Positions 63,912 through 64,000 of a stretch of DNA of 64,000 nt are shown here, one piece after another. A program made the translations under genes and the position numbers. The stretch is from a virus: positions 18,332-82,331 of the IMG/VR virus record IMGVR_UViG_3300037264_001719. One strand, given 5' to 3'. Numbering within the stretch: the first letter of the stretch is position 1; each line of letters begins with the position of its first letter. Below the pieces are notes generated by a model, which had not been told where the DNA came from, did no database searches, and saw only the letters and a program-made list of their open reading frames with translations.

Positions 63912-64000
63912 TCTCATGTGGGGCCGAGAGGAGTGAAGACCAAGAGCAAACCGAAAAGCTGGGACGGGGAGAGCCGGATATGCACCTCGCCCTACAGGGT

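Noticed and set aside
1-64000. tRNA/rRNA genes, integrase/att sites, alternative genetic code
   Set aside because: No cloverleaf or rRNA-like segment seen, intergenic gaps are short, and genes are intact under the standard code with all three stops used

Overview
The window is part of a large, high-GC, contractile-tailed (myovirus-type) phage or prophage, coded almost entirely on the + strand. About 1-36.8 kb is the morphogenesis operon: portal, prohead protease/scaffold, HK97-fold capsid with a large insertion, neck genes, sheath, two tube paralogues, a tail chaperone with a -1 frameshift, tape measure, an eCIS-like baseplate, a fibre, an embedded patatin and unusually Cys-rich distal tail proteins. 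About 36.8-47.4 kb is an accessory block: an orphan response regulator, three glycosyltransferases, a metacaspase, membrane/lipoproteins, a methyltransferase, a sulfotransferase-APS kinase fusion and a HAD-ADP-ribosylhydrolase fusion. About 47.4-64 kb is an early-type region driven by near-consensus sigma70 promoters: SWIM, MoxR AAA+/vWA, a dual-specificity phosphatase, three Cys-His-Asp proteins and many Zn-finger microproteins. It ends in an array of tiny genes joined by a 29-bp direct repeat. I saw no terminase, integrase, polymerase, endolysin, tRNA or CRISPR array. The best novelty candidates are the junction-repeat microprotein array, the glycosylation/sulfation module, the Cys-rich tail with a CxxC membrane protein, and a possible endolysin-free protease/lipase lysis arrangement. 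All calls come from manual motif recognition; no searches were run, and counts are manual and approximate.
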